NCBI RefSeq assembly: GCF_964204645.1
Contig: NC_134026.1
Coordinates: 19,378,150 to 19,442,149, forward strand
Length of the DNA: 64,000 nt
Source of the DNA: Tubulanus polymorphus
Lineage: Eukaryota > Animalia > Nemertea
Reading direction: 5' to 3'
This document shows, piece by piece, positions 51,601 through 63,986 of the stretch. The notes beneath the pieces were generated by a model. The model saw only the letters and a list, made by a program, of their open reading frames with translations. It had not been told where the DNA came from and did not search any database. The position numbers and the translations under genes were made by a program. Each line of letters starts with the position of its first letter. Position 1 is the stretch's first letter.

Positions 51601-51994
51601 ATAACACGTCACATTGGTTTGGCCACCTGTTTGACAAGGCCACATGTGACCAGTCTAGAAATGCCGGAATAGACCCGTGCCAAATTTTAGCACGGGGCCA
51701 AATTAGTACGTGTTCTGGTTCCGGAAGTGACTAACCATTCTTGTCACAGCATTGTTTAGTACCCAGTGAATAGTCTTCGTCATTTGCACGCGCTCCCTAA
51801 TTAGGCACTGCCCAAATTTGACTCGTGTTTGACGCTGGAAATGTACTGGTTTTTTATGAGTCATCAGAGTACGGTTTAGCTGAATCTTCATCACATATAT
51901 TTGAATGCCTCATTCTGTAGGTTATTGCCCTCCAATCGAATGCAGCAGTGTTGAAACGTGTACAAAGAATGGCTGTCCGAGCTGCGATTGTTAA
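48603..51994 (+). CDS. Small secreted antistasin-like peptide precursor, 76 aa, 12 Cys in mature part
   Basis: Exons 48603-48672 (signal MARTRLLVLVLIAAIALLPFSVKG), 51061-51147 (KKCGSLICPAIVCDHGRVVDANGCTTCE) and 51921-51994 (CYCPPIECSSVETCTKNGCPSCDC*). Phase-1 GT-AG introns; C..G...D.NGC..C.C is the antistasin pattern. Confidence 0.85.
49022..49835. mobile_element. PIF/Harbinger-like non-autonomous element
   Basis: TIR ggcctttttttaaattgcttgcagc / gctgcaagcaattaaaaaaaggcc with TAA on both flanks. Confidence 0.75.
49866..49998. repeat. Degenerate (AATGGC)n hexamer microsatellite
   Basis: aatggt/aatggc/aatagc units repeated roughly 20 times. Confidence 0.85.
50008..50494. mobile_element. PIF/Harbinger-like MITE
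   Basis: taa|aggctggttttcac ... gtgaaaacagcct|taa, with many internal gctggaaa repeats. Confidence 0.75.
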
Positions 51995-52914
51995 GGTATG
52001 GAAATCTCTATCAACTCGAGGGCACGATGAATGTATTATTTCAGTTTAAATGTATATATGTTTTTAAGTTATTCGCATTGCGTTTATTACAGCATCGTGT
52101 GGATTTCATTGCATGGACGAGTCCGGTATAGCTGCAGATTTCATTCGGTGATAAAAAATGCATGGCAATATGAAAATATATTTCGTAGAAATCAGGTCAA
52201 AAAAATATTCGAATTTTCAATTGATACAAAAAATAGTATGAATTCAAGTCGAGCGTATGTTCATTCAAAAGGTAGATAATAAAATCCTTCGTTGGGTACG
52301 CAAATTCGTGTGTTCTTTTCACTTGTGTTGTCTGTTAACGACAATTACCGGTTGCAAATGCGTGCATGCAAGAAACGACTGTCTCAGATGACAGTCGTTT
52401 CTTCCAGTAATTTAGCACGGGATATTATCACGACAGGCCCGGCCCGGAGTGGTTGGGTGGGGCGTATTAGACAAACCCGAGTTCAGTTCCAACCAAAATA
52501 AAAATGAAGCACCCACATTTCCCTCATGCTTCTGGCCTGGATGGGCATGAACAAGGTTCACCATTCTTTTTTACCACAAAAGCCACCCTGAAATAAACGA
52601 CGAAAAATTAGATATTTGAGTAATTATCTGATTCGGAGGTTAAAGGAGAAAACGAAGGTCGAGGAAAAGCTACAATCTTTCGAGTCAACTCGAATATTAA
52701 CTAGAAAAATGTTATGTTTTAACTGGGCATTCAATATGTAACATCTAGTGGACGTATTGAATAAGAATATCATAATAAATTCTCGTGTTCATTTAATTCT
52801 CTGCATTTCTTTCTGGCAAATTTACCTACGGTATTATTTTTCCTGTGGCATTACTTAAATGACCTGAGCTTATCGGAAATTAGAACGTGAATGTAGCCAA
52901 TGTAACTATATGGT

Positions 52915-53225
52915 ATATTCGAATAACCATAGAAACGATAACAATAAAAACCTCATTTTCTAATACTTTATTGACACAAACTAATTACAATTAGCTTAGA
53001 ATTTAGCACTCGTAATTTTGTAACTTATGTTGTATATAAACCTGCAGTTTAATTATTTGTTTCACTTGCATTTCATCTGATGAGGGGATATGATCCCGAA
53101 AACGTTCTTGTCAATAAACTGTTTTTATTCATTAGAAAATTAGGTTTTTATTGTTATCATAACAATAAAAACCTAAATCGCTTCTATGGTTATTCGGATA
53201 CTTGAACTCTCTACCCAAGATAAAT
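52915..53225. mobile_element. Penelope-like remnant with inverted arms and a hammerhead core at 53077-53107
   Basis: Arms gaataaccatagaa..aacaataaaaacct..ttattgaca and tgtcaataa..aggtttttattgtt..ttctatggttattc; core CTGATGA-G-GGGAT-atg-ATCCC-GAAAACGTTC. Confidence 0.55.
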
Positions 53226-54118
53226 GCTATGTTGCTACACGTCATTAGTAATGAGTGCTAGTGTTCATAGCTTACATCATTGAAGGTACTGGATTTGACC
53301 ATGATTTGACCAGCTGACAAACCGATTGCTAGTTGATAATTATTTTCAAAAATAAGTCTGAGCGCCATATCATAAACAAATCGATATCATTACGTATCAT
53401 TCTAGTAAGTATTACTTCGTAACCAGTCGTAGACATCCTAGGTGTTTGGCGACTCATAATACGACCGGTCAACGAATAGCAAATAGCATATTTTCTAATT
53501 GGCAGAAACGGTTGTCTGTTTGTAATGAATTCCATCGTATGATTATTTTTAGATGGTATAATTTCATCAGCAAATTCGTCTGTTCTTTGCATTGTATACC
53601 ATATCGTTTGTTAACGTCAATTGAATGCGCCCCTGGAAAAAATGTATGCGCCCTTGGGAAAATTGTATGCGCCCCTGGAAAAATAATTACCGTCACTATA
53701 TAACAAATGCATATGCTAACGGGCCATGAAAATCCCTTTATTTCTGTTAAAATAGCCGACCTGAAATAGACAAAGAAATGTTAATATATATTGGTTAGTT
53801 TATGATTCGGAGGAAGACAAGAAAACGTAAATAGAAGAACAAATAAAATAGCTTAAACGTTCCTTCGAGTCAACGACAACGTACATTGTGCGAATGGTTG
53901 GCGATTCTTCTCTGGCTTATTCAAATATAAAAAGCTCGGGGTCGTTCAGAGGTGCTTTACAAAATGAAACTAGTTCTCTGGGTCACGAGAATATTAAAAA
54001 TGTTCAAAATGCGCTCAATTCAGGCACTTACCTTCTAACGTTACGGCCAGGTGCGACTGGATTAGTTCTCAGATGTATATTTCAACAGGATTCGATACAC
54101 ATCATAATCCACGATAGT

Positions 54119-57100
54119 ATGTTTGAGTTAATTTTATCATTAGCAATATTGACTATATTCGCTGTAAGCATTCTTGCACTTTTCTATGTTCACAAGGTAA
54201 GGGATGTAACTATAATATTTTGATCATTCCAATGGAACCTCGTTACAACGAACTTCAGGGAACCAGAAAACCTTTCGATGTATCTAGTATGAAATTAATG
54301 AGATTGTCCTATTTGGGACGAAATTCTTGGTTTGTTATAACCGATAAATCTGAGGTATAGTTTCAACGAGGTTCCATTGTAAGAGTGGTACTTCAGTTTC
54401 AGTTTTAGTTTATTGCTCCACATAGAATGAATATAATGAACACAGATAGTACGCTCATTTTCAAAACATAAGTTTAGATTGAATATCAAACTCATGTATT
54501 CAAAAATTCCAAGAATCGCCAACAAATATCTGCATTTCATTTCCTTTAAAATGGTGTATAAATTAAGTTCATCGAGCAAGGGACTGCAGAACTATGTGAT
54601 ATTCAATCTAAACTTATGTTTTAAAAATGAGCGCAAATCATCGCAACAATGGGGACCTCGAGGGACCGCCACAAAATGGCGCCTAGAAACTGGAAACTTC
54701 TTTATTCAAATCAAAATTACAATTACAGATGGTAGCATACATAGATACATACACAATACAGACATTTACCTACACTAACACGTCCAATTTTGATATGTGG
54801 TTTCAAAAACTGTCTTCGTGGTTTGACTAATATATGATTACCCGAATACAAATTTCTTTGTACACTGAAAATTGTTTGCAGGCATATAAGCTTGGTCTGT
54901 TTAAGAAATAGTCAGGGAGATAACGTTGTCCTGGGAGATGAAATGATACTCGTCGTCACCCAGTTTGTTTCTATTACATTTGGCGCAAATTCGATCTTCC
55001 CGGTTTTTGTCCGCTAATAGATCTACCGTGACCTGTTGCAATGGCTATGTCGTTTTTAGAAAACAAGTACTTAGCTTCCAGTAAATCACAGTAGATCAGT
55101 AAACATATACCGAAGATCAGAAGTTCAAATCTCGCGTGGGGAATACGTTTTTTTCATTCATCAGAAATACATTCTAAAATTCTCCTATACTTCAATGCAC
55201 GGCCAATGAATCGGAGAGTTTGGGGTTTTTGGCCTGCGGTTCCCATCGGTTTTTCGTTACTTCATTTGAGTTAACTTGTGCAAAAATCTGGTCAGAGGGC
55301 TCGAGAAAAACATTCTGTTTGATAGATGGGCTCTTATCAAAGAATGGTTTCTGAAGTCGAAATGGTATGTATTCATTAATTCTGTCAACGTTAGCTGAGG
55401 CAAAATAGCTATTCGGTTAAAAATTAATGCATGAAAAAGAAAGTGAAATGTTGTAAATTAATCAGTGGACAAGAGTAGAGCTGGAGTTATTTCCGAAAAG
55501 GAACAATACCTATCGATTAAAATGTATAATTCAAGACGACGGTCTGATTATCCTTGCAACCTCTGCTAACCAGTTTTTACTGGTTGTGCCGTGGACATAG
55601 TTTCAAGACTATTTCACAATATTTGACAATCTTCTTTCTATATTCTTTATACTCTTTCTATATGAATCTCATCTATAAGCCTCATTTCAGACTGCGAAAA
55701 AACAAACAACGATCCCAGGATTAGAGCCTTCGGACCCGAAGTAAGAATCTTAAATGTGTGTCGGTATATGAGCTTATACAAGAACCACCCCTCCCTTATC
55801 TCAATGAGCGATTTGAAATTGTGTTCAACCTACTCAAGTCAAACTCAGCTCACCATTTCGACGTAACTACGAATAGAATAGCACTCGAGTGACGTATCAA
55901 GTGGAAGTTGCGTCTTTAACGGCGATGAACATAACGTTAACTGTTGAATTGTATTTCTTTTAGGGAAGGGAATTTCCCAGATATTAGAAAATCCGGTAGT
56001 CTACATGAATTTTTGCTCGAAACGCATCGAACTCATGGACCAATCATATCTTTCTGGATGGGAGAAAAGATGGTTGTTAGCATCTCAACCCCGGAACTGT
56101 TCATCGAGCAGAGTGCTCTGTTTGATCGACCGCGTAAGAATAAAATATTCCGAGACTTAATCAAACCATAAATTGAGGTTTTTTGTGATCATTATCTCTG
56201 TGTTCTCCAGGCGAGTTGTTTCAGATATTTGAACCATTGATAGGAACGAAGTCATTACAGTTTGCTAACGGCGAGGATGGTCGCCAGAGGAGAAAGTTGT
56301 ATGACGGATCTTACAGTCATCCAGAAGTCTGCGCATTGAACCCATTATTCAATGAAGTAATCAAACTCAGCTCACCATTTCGACGTTCGCGAAACATCAA
56401 GTTTCGCGTTTTCATTTCACCCTCATTCTACCTAATTTCATTAAATTTTGATCTTTCTTCTGGGTGCTTGGATCCCTACGGGACACAGCCTCCATTGGCT
56501 TTCCAAGCATCCAGCCTCGTATGTATGTAAATTCTTTATAATCTATATATCATTTATACTGCATATGTACATGGCGAAATAAATATTATTATTATTATCA
56601 AACATGCGAAGAAAATTTGAAAAGATTTGATATATTTGAATGGCGAATATCTAATATAAATTCCAATTCTTTAGAACGTTGGAGAACTGATTAACAAATG
56701 GGCAAAAATGGTCGATGATCAACATATTCCTGTTTACGACAGCATGACTGCATCAGCTTTGAAATCGATCGCAAAAGGAAGTTATGGAGATTATTTCAAT
56801 GACGATAAAGCAATAATGAAATTCCGAAAATCCTATAATATTGTAAATTACATTGCTAATGATAATGAGCTACGAACCGTGTTTCAATCTATCCCTAACA
56901 ACAATTTTGTTATCTCATAGTGCTGGACTGAAATGGAGAATACAATTTCGGCTACACCTTCAGCGCCCGGAAGTGCGGAGGAAAAATTCTACAAATCAGG
57001 TGCCTATTTGAAAGTGATTAAGACAATAATGAATTCATCGATGGAATTCTCATTCGTTAATTATGAAATATATACCTGAATGACAACCGGGCCTGATGGA

Positions 57101-58902
57101 AGATCTACACAAAGCATGAGAAATAATCTACTATAATACATGTATATCCATATCGTATCCAAAATTCTGGGAACACATGTAGTTAGTTCACACAGTATTT
57201 GATTTTGGGGTCTGTGTGTCAGGAGCAGTAAAGGGTTCTTTCAATGATTTTCAGCATATCTGGTTAAATGGCTGACCGACGTTCTTTTCATGTTAGTTCA
57301 AAATATCTCAGTAATAGGGATCATTGCATTTTTTGTCAATTGCCCACAAGTCTTCAAATCCGAAGTGTAGATTTGAAAGGCACAACATTGCAATCCTAGA
57401 AACGTACGTATATATTTATTCAAACTCCAGGCGCTATTTTACAGCTCTTGCACATTTAAAGTCAGTGGTTGCAGAAATAATAGACCATCGCCGAACCAAT
57501 CCACCCACTGATGGAAGACGACTCCTCATTGATGTTATACTCGAATCAGATTATGAGGAGGAGCAGATTGCCTGTGACGCCTTGATTTATATGATCGGAG
57601 GGTTCCACACGACGGCAAGTTGTAAGTAGGCTTACCGTTAATGACATTTTAAACTGAGTTTAACTCCGCGTATGCCTTTTTCAATTATTTGGGGTACGGA
57701 TTTTTTTCAAGAAAGACGTGAGAGGGTTAGGGGAAAAAATTAAAAACGATTTTTTATAACGATTTTTTCATTATTTTCCACATGAAACTTCGGAAGGACT
57801 GCAGAAAAGAAATCAATAAGGAGTGAAAATTGTAATGAACTTTACTCAAATAAGTGGAGAAATGAAAACATTTTTGCAAATAATATGATTGAAAATTGAG
57901 ATAACACAGCTTGAGTTAGTCGAAAATTTAGATGGGTATATGAAAAACAATTGTATTGAAAATTTGTGGTGAAACACGGAGGACAAAAAGCCATTTTTCT
58001 TTTGATTTGATGATTTTGCAGGATTCTGGGATCCGTACATCAAGTAATTAAAAGAGGAAAAAAGGCCTAAAACCAATGCAATTTCTCTTTCAGTAATGAC
58101 ATGGGCATTATACTTCCTCACAACGCATGCCAATGTTCAAGAGAAACTTTTTGAAGAAGTGTCAAAGATATTGGATAAAAATGAAGATGTGACTCCTGAT
58201 GTCATTAAACAGATGCCGTAAGACATTGGAATCGATATGGTTCATACTTGTTTACTGGTCCTTATTATTCAATTGATTTAACTCATCAATCTTTTAGATA
58301 TCTACATCAAATTATCAATGAAACTTTGCGCTGCGCTATCGTGGCTCCCATGGCTGCTCGGTACAACCCAGATAGTGACACTATGCTTGGTGGTCACGTT
58401 GTTCCTAAGGGAGTAAGCATTTCTATTGGAAAATCTTGAATTTATACGAGTAAAGGAGGGGAATTAGTGCTTAATTCTAACTCGGACTTATCATTTTAGA
58501 CCCCAGTAGTTCATGCATTAGGAGTTTGCTTTCGTGATGAAAGTTTATACCCCGATCCTTGCAAGTAAGCATACAATGTTTCATTTCGCGATTGACTCAA
58601 CAGATTCTCAGAAGGAGTAAACGAATATTTTCGAATCATATTTTAGATTTGACCCCGAGAGGTTCTCGATTGAACAAGTCAAAGCACGACCGTTACATTC
58701 ATTCGAGCCGTTTGGATTCGCTGGGAAGAGAAAATGTCCCGGATACAGATTTTCGCAAACCGAAAGTTGTATTTTCATCGCACGAATTATAAGACGGTTT
58801 CAGATAAAGATGGTGCCTGACCAAGTTATCACTCCAGCGTATGGTCTGGTCACTCATCCAGACAAGGAAATCTGGATAACTATTTCTGAGAGAAAGGCAT
58901 AA
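54119..58902 (+). CDS. CYP20A1: Cytochrome P450 family 20 (CYP20A1-like), copy 1, complete, 475 aa
   Basis: 11 exons: 54119-54196, 55691-55740, 55964-56133, 56211-56356, 56675-56842, 56921-56999, 57445-57621, 58094-58217, 58298-58412, 58500-58564, 58647-58902 (1428 nt). N-terminal anchor, IPG, CYP20-typical GN.PDI..SGSLHEFL, I-helix GGFHTT, ETLR, FDPERF and heme motif FGFAGKRKCPG; AATAAA at 59064. Confidence 0.93.
54230..54379. mobile_element. pogo/Tigger-like MITE in CYP20 copy 1 intron 1
   Basis: caatggaacctcgttacaacgaa ... aacgaggttccattg. Confidence 0.65.
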
Positions 58903-59839
58903 TGTATACAGAGCATGTTGGAGTTCAATTGGTATTCAAAATACCCCCAAATAAGAAAAACTCGAAAAAATCTACACTCTTTTGTATTTATCGTTTTTAT
59001 GGAACTGCGGAACATGAACATGAACTTGAAATTGTTACCAATGTTAGTGCACTTCAACGGACGAATAAAGCGCTGTTATTAGTATCTGGTCTGGATGAAA
59101 ATTAACACAATCGAACCAATGCAAATTCTTGTTCTTTACATTTTGTATTGCTAGATGAATACGCTCATCTACCCTTTGCTATCGTTATTAACTATGAGGC
59201 TATGCGTTTACGTACTCCTCTTTTTTAATCAATTCGAAGATCTATATTTGCCTATATCCATTTCAATTTATTCATCCTAAAAGTCGAAGGAGTCATCATA
59301 CACGCATTTCTTATTTCTTTCACAAAAACATATATGTTCCATGAAAATCGATAGTTCTTTACAGTTGGTTTGGAGCCCGGGGGTAAGGGTACGTTTTGGT
59401 ATACAAAAATATGTTTCCATCATTTTTGCTTGTTGCATTTCCCCCATCCTCAAGTACACTACACATTCCGAAAAGTCATTTCTGGTTATGATTCGGTAGA
59501 TCGCACTCGTGTCCGCTGCTACTAGTTCTAGGTTCACATAGGTTGTCGGACGAGTGAGGAATTGACGATTTCTAAGGTGAAATTTGTTTGACGAATTGAT
59601 GAGTTACGAAATCATATTTTAGTGGTTCACACACGTGCAGCGGCCTTTGAGGGTAGAACATACGTGATTATACGTAATACAGTACGCATTTAATCATGAC
59701 CGGGCGCAGGGCTGATTGTGATATGGCTAGCAAGTCAAAAATTCATTTCAGAATTAATGCACATAAAATGATACAAAGGCGCGAAGTGACCTCTATCTAA
59801 CAGTAAAATATTCAAATACCATCGAAAGTCTTGGACACC

Positions 59840-60134
59840 CGGGTCCTACTGTGATATACAGGGACGTGTGCGGGCTTAGGGTCGTCGTTAAGCGGTTTAC
59901 AAAAAGAAACGAGACTTAATCAAACGTAGAGAAATAATGATCGCTCCAAGATCAAACCATGAATTGAAGTTTATCTATGATCCAACTGATTTGTTTACGA
60001 TAATTCTGAACCATAGTTTGGAGTGAAGTCATCCCAGTTTGCTGACGGTGAGGATGGTCGCCAGGGGAGAAAGCTGTGTGACGGCAATACAGGCATTCAG
60101 ATGTCAGCGCATTGAACCCATTATTCAATGAAGT
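59840..60134 (+). pseudogene. Relic of a third CYP20 copy (upstream-region fragment plus degenerate exon 4)
   Basis: ~60005-60132 aligns with exon 4 (cagtttgctgacggtgaggatggtcgccaggggagaaagctg...gcgcattgaacccattattcaatgaagta) with substitutions and indels. ~59840-59910 resembles 60498-60558 upstream of copy 2 (agcggtttacaaaaagaaac). Confidence 0.8.
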
Positions 60135-60157
60135 ATACTTTAAAAAGATCAAAATGA

Positions 60158-60404
60158 TATGGTGGCTGATAAGGGCCATCAAAATATATCCTGACAAAAA
60201 ATAATTTCGTCATGAAAAATAAATTTCCCTCGAAAAATATTTCGAAAGGAAAATTATTTTCGCTTACGAATATTTTTGACGGAACTTTATTTTTCACAGC
60301 GGAATTATTCTTACTCACGACATAATTTTCGATTGAAATTTATTTTTCATGACGAAACTATTTTTTGTCAGGAAATATTTTCATGGCCCTTATCAGCCAC
60401 CATA
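60158..60404. mobile_element. Related IS3EU-like MITE
   Basis: tatggtggctgataagggccat ... atggcccttatcagccaccata; flanks aaatga / aaaaga. Confidence 0.78.
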
Positions 60405-60670
60405 AAAAGATGATATCACCCGAAAATTGCCAAATATCAAACCGCAATTGATATATCATCTCCCGATGTCCGACAGTCCAAAATATCATATCTCCCCGGT
60501 CCTGGTTGTGATATGCAAGGACGTATTTGCGTCGTTTAGCGGTTTACAAAAAGAAACTTTTAGTTGTAGGTCAAAGGAATATTCAGAATGCGCTCGTTCA
60601 GTTACTTACTTGCGTTGGTGCCATTGGATTTGTTCTCTTCAATAATTCGATGCACATAATCTACTACAGT

Positions 60671-63600
60671 ATGTTTGAGTTGATACTATTCGCTGCATCA
60701 ACTCTAATATTTGCTGCAAGCATTTTTGCATTTTTCTGTTTTTTTAAGGTAAGTGATCGATCTGAAGTATTAGTTGATTTAATTAGCCCGAGTCTATGAA
60801 TCTAGTCTGATAATCAGGGCTTATGCAAAAAAAAAACATCTAACAAAATGATGAATGAAATTGAAATTTATACTTTTAGTTGGAATGTACAAGTTATAAT
60901 ATAAAAACCATTTTCTATAAGCAAGGATGTTTAACACACAAGAGATTCGCTCTTCTTGCTATTTCAGTTGAGATATACTTAATGCGAATTAAATGCCATG
61001 TATACAAATGAAAATAAAATGGGTCATACGTTGATTTTGTCAATTTAGTTGTGTTTAATAAATCATTTCTTGAAAGGGACCAAAATATATTGCATAAAAT
61101 ATCTTCCAGACGACGGTCTAATAGCTTGTTTATTCGTGAGGCCTCTGCTAACCAGTTTGAACATGGCTATGCCGTTGAAGTCAATATTTCATTAATAAGA
61201 CTATTTCACGATAGTTGACAATCGATAAATCCTCTATCTATCCTTCCTTGCATACAGATATGTCTTATTTAGAAAAATGCTTCATTTCAGACTACTAAAA
61301 AGCAAACAACGATCCCGGGATTAAAGCCTACTGACCCGAAGTAAGATTCCTCATATGAATTTGAATGACGTTATAGATTATGTATAGGCCAAATTTTATA
61401 GCCCCTTACTTATTTCAAAGAACGGCATCAGTCCTTTTCAGCCTGTCGGTGAATGAGCCTAAAACCAAGCTCAGTTCACCCTTAATACGATGCCACTACG
61501 AATGAAACGACAGGCCGACGTATAGTCTAGTCAAAATTGCGTTAAATATCAGTTGATTTTGTTTTAGGGAAGGAAATTTGCCTGATATTAGAAAATCAGG
61601 CAGTCTCCACGAATTTTTGCTTGAAACGCATCGAACTCATGGACCAATCATATCTTTCTGGTTGGGAGAAAAGATGGTTGTTAGCATCTCAACCCCGGAA
61701 CTGTTCACCGAGCAGAGTGCTCTGTTTGATCGACCGCGTAAGAATAACAACATTTCGAGACTTAATCAAATCATGGACTAAAAAATTTTTCTGTACGGCT
61801 AAAGCAACGATAAAAACATTTTCACATTGGCCCGTTTTTTGGTTTTCTCGCGCGAGAATTCGAAACTTTTGGTTTTCTCGCGCGAGAATTCAAAACTTTT
61901 TGAATTCTCGCGCGAGAAAACCAAAATGAAAATTTTTTTAGTATTGCCCGAATCAGCCACCATAGTATAGTGTACAACACTGGTTTTTTTCTGCGGGCGT
62001 TTATATGCTCATCCTCGACGCACTTGTAATCCACATTTACGGTGACAAAACAGCGCCAGGTTCGTTTCGCTTTATTTCCTGTCGAGTAAGCGTGAAAATC
62101 GCGAAAATGATTGTCTCATTTTCGATTAAATCCGTCGATATAGTTCGATTTCATAGGTTTTGGGGAGCTACTTAATTCTGAATCACTCGCATTACTGATA
62201 TTTGTTTGGAATTGGTAAAAAAAACTCAGGTCTCAGTCTCAGGTTGAGCTTTTTATTTCAACTTATTTATTTAAAAAAAGCAATAAAGATAAAATTCGCC
62301 CGCCCTCGTCACTTTCCAGAAAAAAATCTGATGAGAACCTAGGGTATTTCTTTGTGTGGCCTAAACTATGATCTTGATCTCTTTGTGTTTTCCAGGTGAG
62401 TTGTTTCAGATATTTGAACCATTGCTTGGAGCGAAGTCGTTACAGTTTGCTAACGGCGAGGATGGTCGCCAGAGGAGAAAGCTGTATGACGGATGCTACA
62501 GTCATTTAGAAGTCAGCGCATTGAACCCATTATTCAATGAAGTAAACTAAAAAAAGAACATTAAAAAGAATTTAGAAATTTAGAAAAGACATTCTCTTTC
62601 TCATTTTATGGGCTATAAACCGGATTACGTTTGTGTAAATGAGATATTAAGACTCGTTATCGGCCGAAGTCTATTTGAGAAAAACTGCTTAATATTTGGA
62701 TTTTGTAGACGTCAATTAATCATTTGCACAGCCGCAAATATTGTATTTAATGCAGACATAATTCTGGCATTGTATTGTTGTAGTCGATATCCGAATGGTG
62801 CGTGTCAAAATATTTTTCCAGACTGTCGGAAAATTGCTCGACAAATGGGCTACAATGGCTGATGATCAACGTATTCCTGTGAAAGAAAGCATGACCGCCC
62901 TAGCTTTGAAATCGATTGCACAGGGAAGCTATGGAGATTATTTCAATGACGATAAAGCGATAATGAAATTCCGCAAATTCTTTGATGTTGTAAGTTATAC
63001 ATTGCTAATTATAGTGAGCTACGAACTGTGTTTCATCTATCCCAAATAACAATTTTGATTATTCATAGTGCTGGACGGAAATGGAGAATACGTTCGCCGC
63101 TACACCTTCAGCGCCAGGAAGTGCGGAGGAAAAGCTCTATAAATCAGGTGCTTCTTTGATAATGATTAGAATAATAATGAATTTGTCAATGAATTCTCAT
63201 TCGTTAAGTGTTTATGCTGTATTTGCGCAAATGCCAAACGGGCCTGGGGAAGATCTGCATGTAGCATCAGTAAGCGAAAAGAAATCCCTTGAAGGAAAAT
63301 CCTAGAAAATATTGTATCCCAAATTCGGATGTATTTATTCAAATTTCACTCCCTATTTTACAGCTCTTGCACATTTGAAGTCAGTGGTTGCAGAAATAAT
63401 AGACCATCGCCGAACCAATCCACCCACTGATGGAAGACGACTCCTCATTGATGTTATACTCGAATCAGATTATGAGGAGGAGCAGATTGCTTGTGACGCC
63501 TTGATTTATATGATCGGAGGGTTCCACACGATGGCAAGTTGTAAGTAATCGTGAGAGGTGATGCATAGAAGTATAAACCGTTTAAACTTCTATGGGTGAT

Positions 63601-63986
63601 GTTACCGTAAATGATGCGATTTAATTTTATCCCACTATCAAAACCAATATATATGATTTCTTTTTCAGTAATGACATGGGCATTATACTTCCTAGCAACG
63701 CATACTGATGTCCAAGGCAAACTTTATGAAGAAGTGTCAAAAGTAATGGATAAAAATGAATATGTTACTCACGATGTCATTAAACAGATGCCGTAAGACA
63801 TAAGAATCGATAAACTCATACTTGTTTATTGATCCTTATTATTCAATCGAAATAATTCGTCAATCTTTTAGATATTTACATCAAGTTATCAACGAAACCT
63901 TGCGCTGCGCTATTGTTGGTCCCATGGCTGCTCGGTACAACCCAGATAGTGACACTATGCTTGGTGGTCACGTCCTTCCTAAGGGA
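60671..63986 (+). CDS. CYP20A1: Cytochrome P450 family 20 (CYP20A1-like), copy 2, truncated by window end (exons 1-9)
   Basis: Exons 60671-60748, 61291-61340, 61568-61737, 62396-62541, 62822-62989, 63069-63147, 63364-63540, 63669-63792, 63872-63986. Same exon sizes as copy 1, frame open, intact splice sites. Confidence 0.92.
61776..61963. mobile_element. Left-truncated copy of the 23514 MITE in CYP20 copy 2 intron 3
   Basis: ttttctgtacggcta..gcaacgata, three ~30-bp repeats containing ttctcgcgcgagaa, and the end gcccgaatcagccaccata. Confidence 0.75.

Noticed and set aside
56455-56600. Hairpin plus AATAAA and (TAT)n tail in CYP20 intron 4
   Set aside because: Probably the 3' end of a truncated LINE; too short to classify and no evidence of function.
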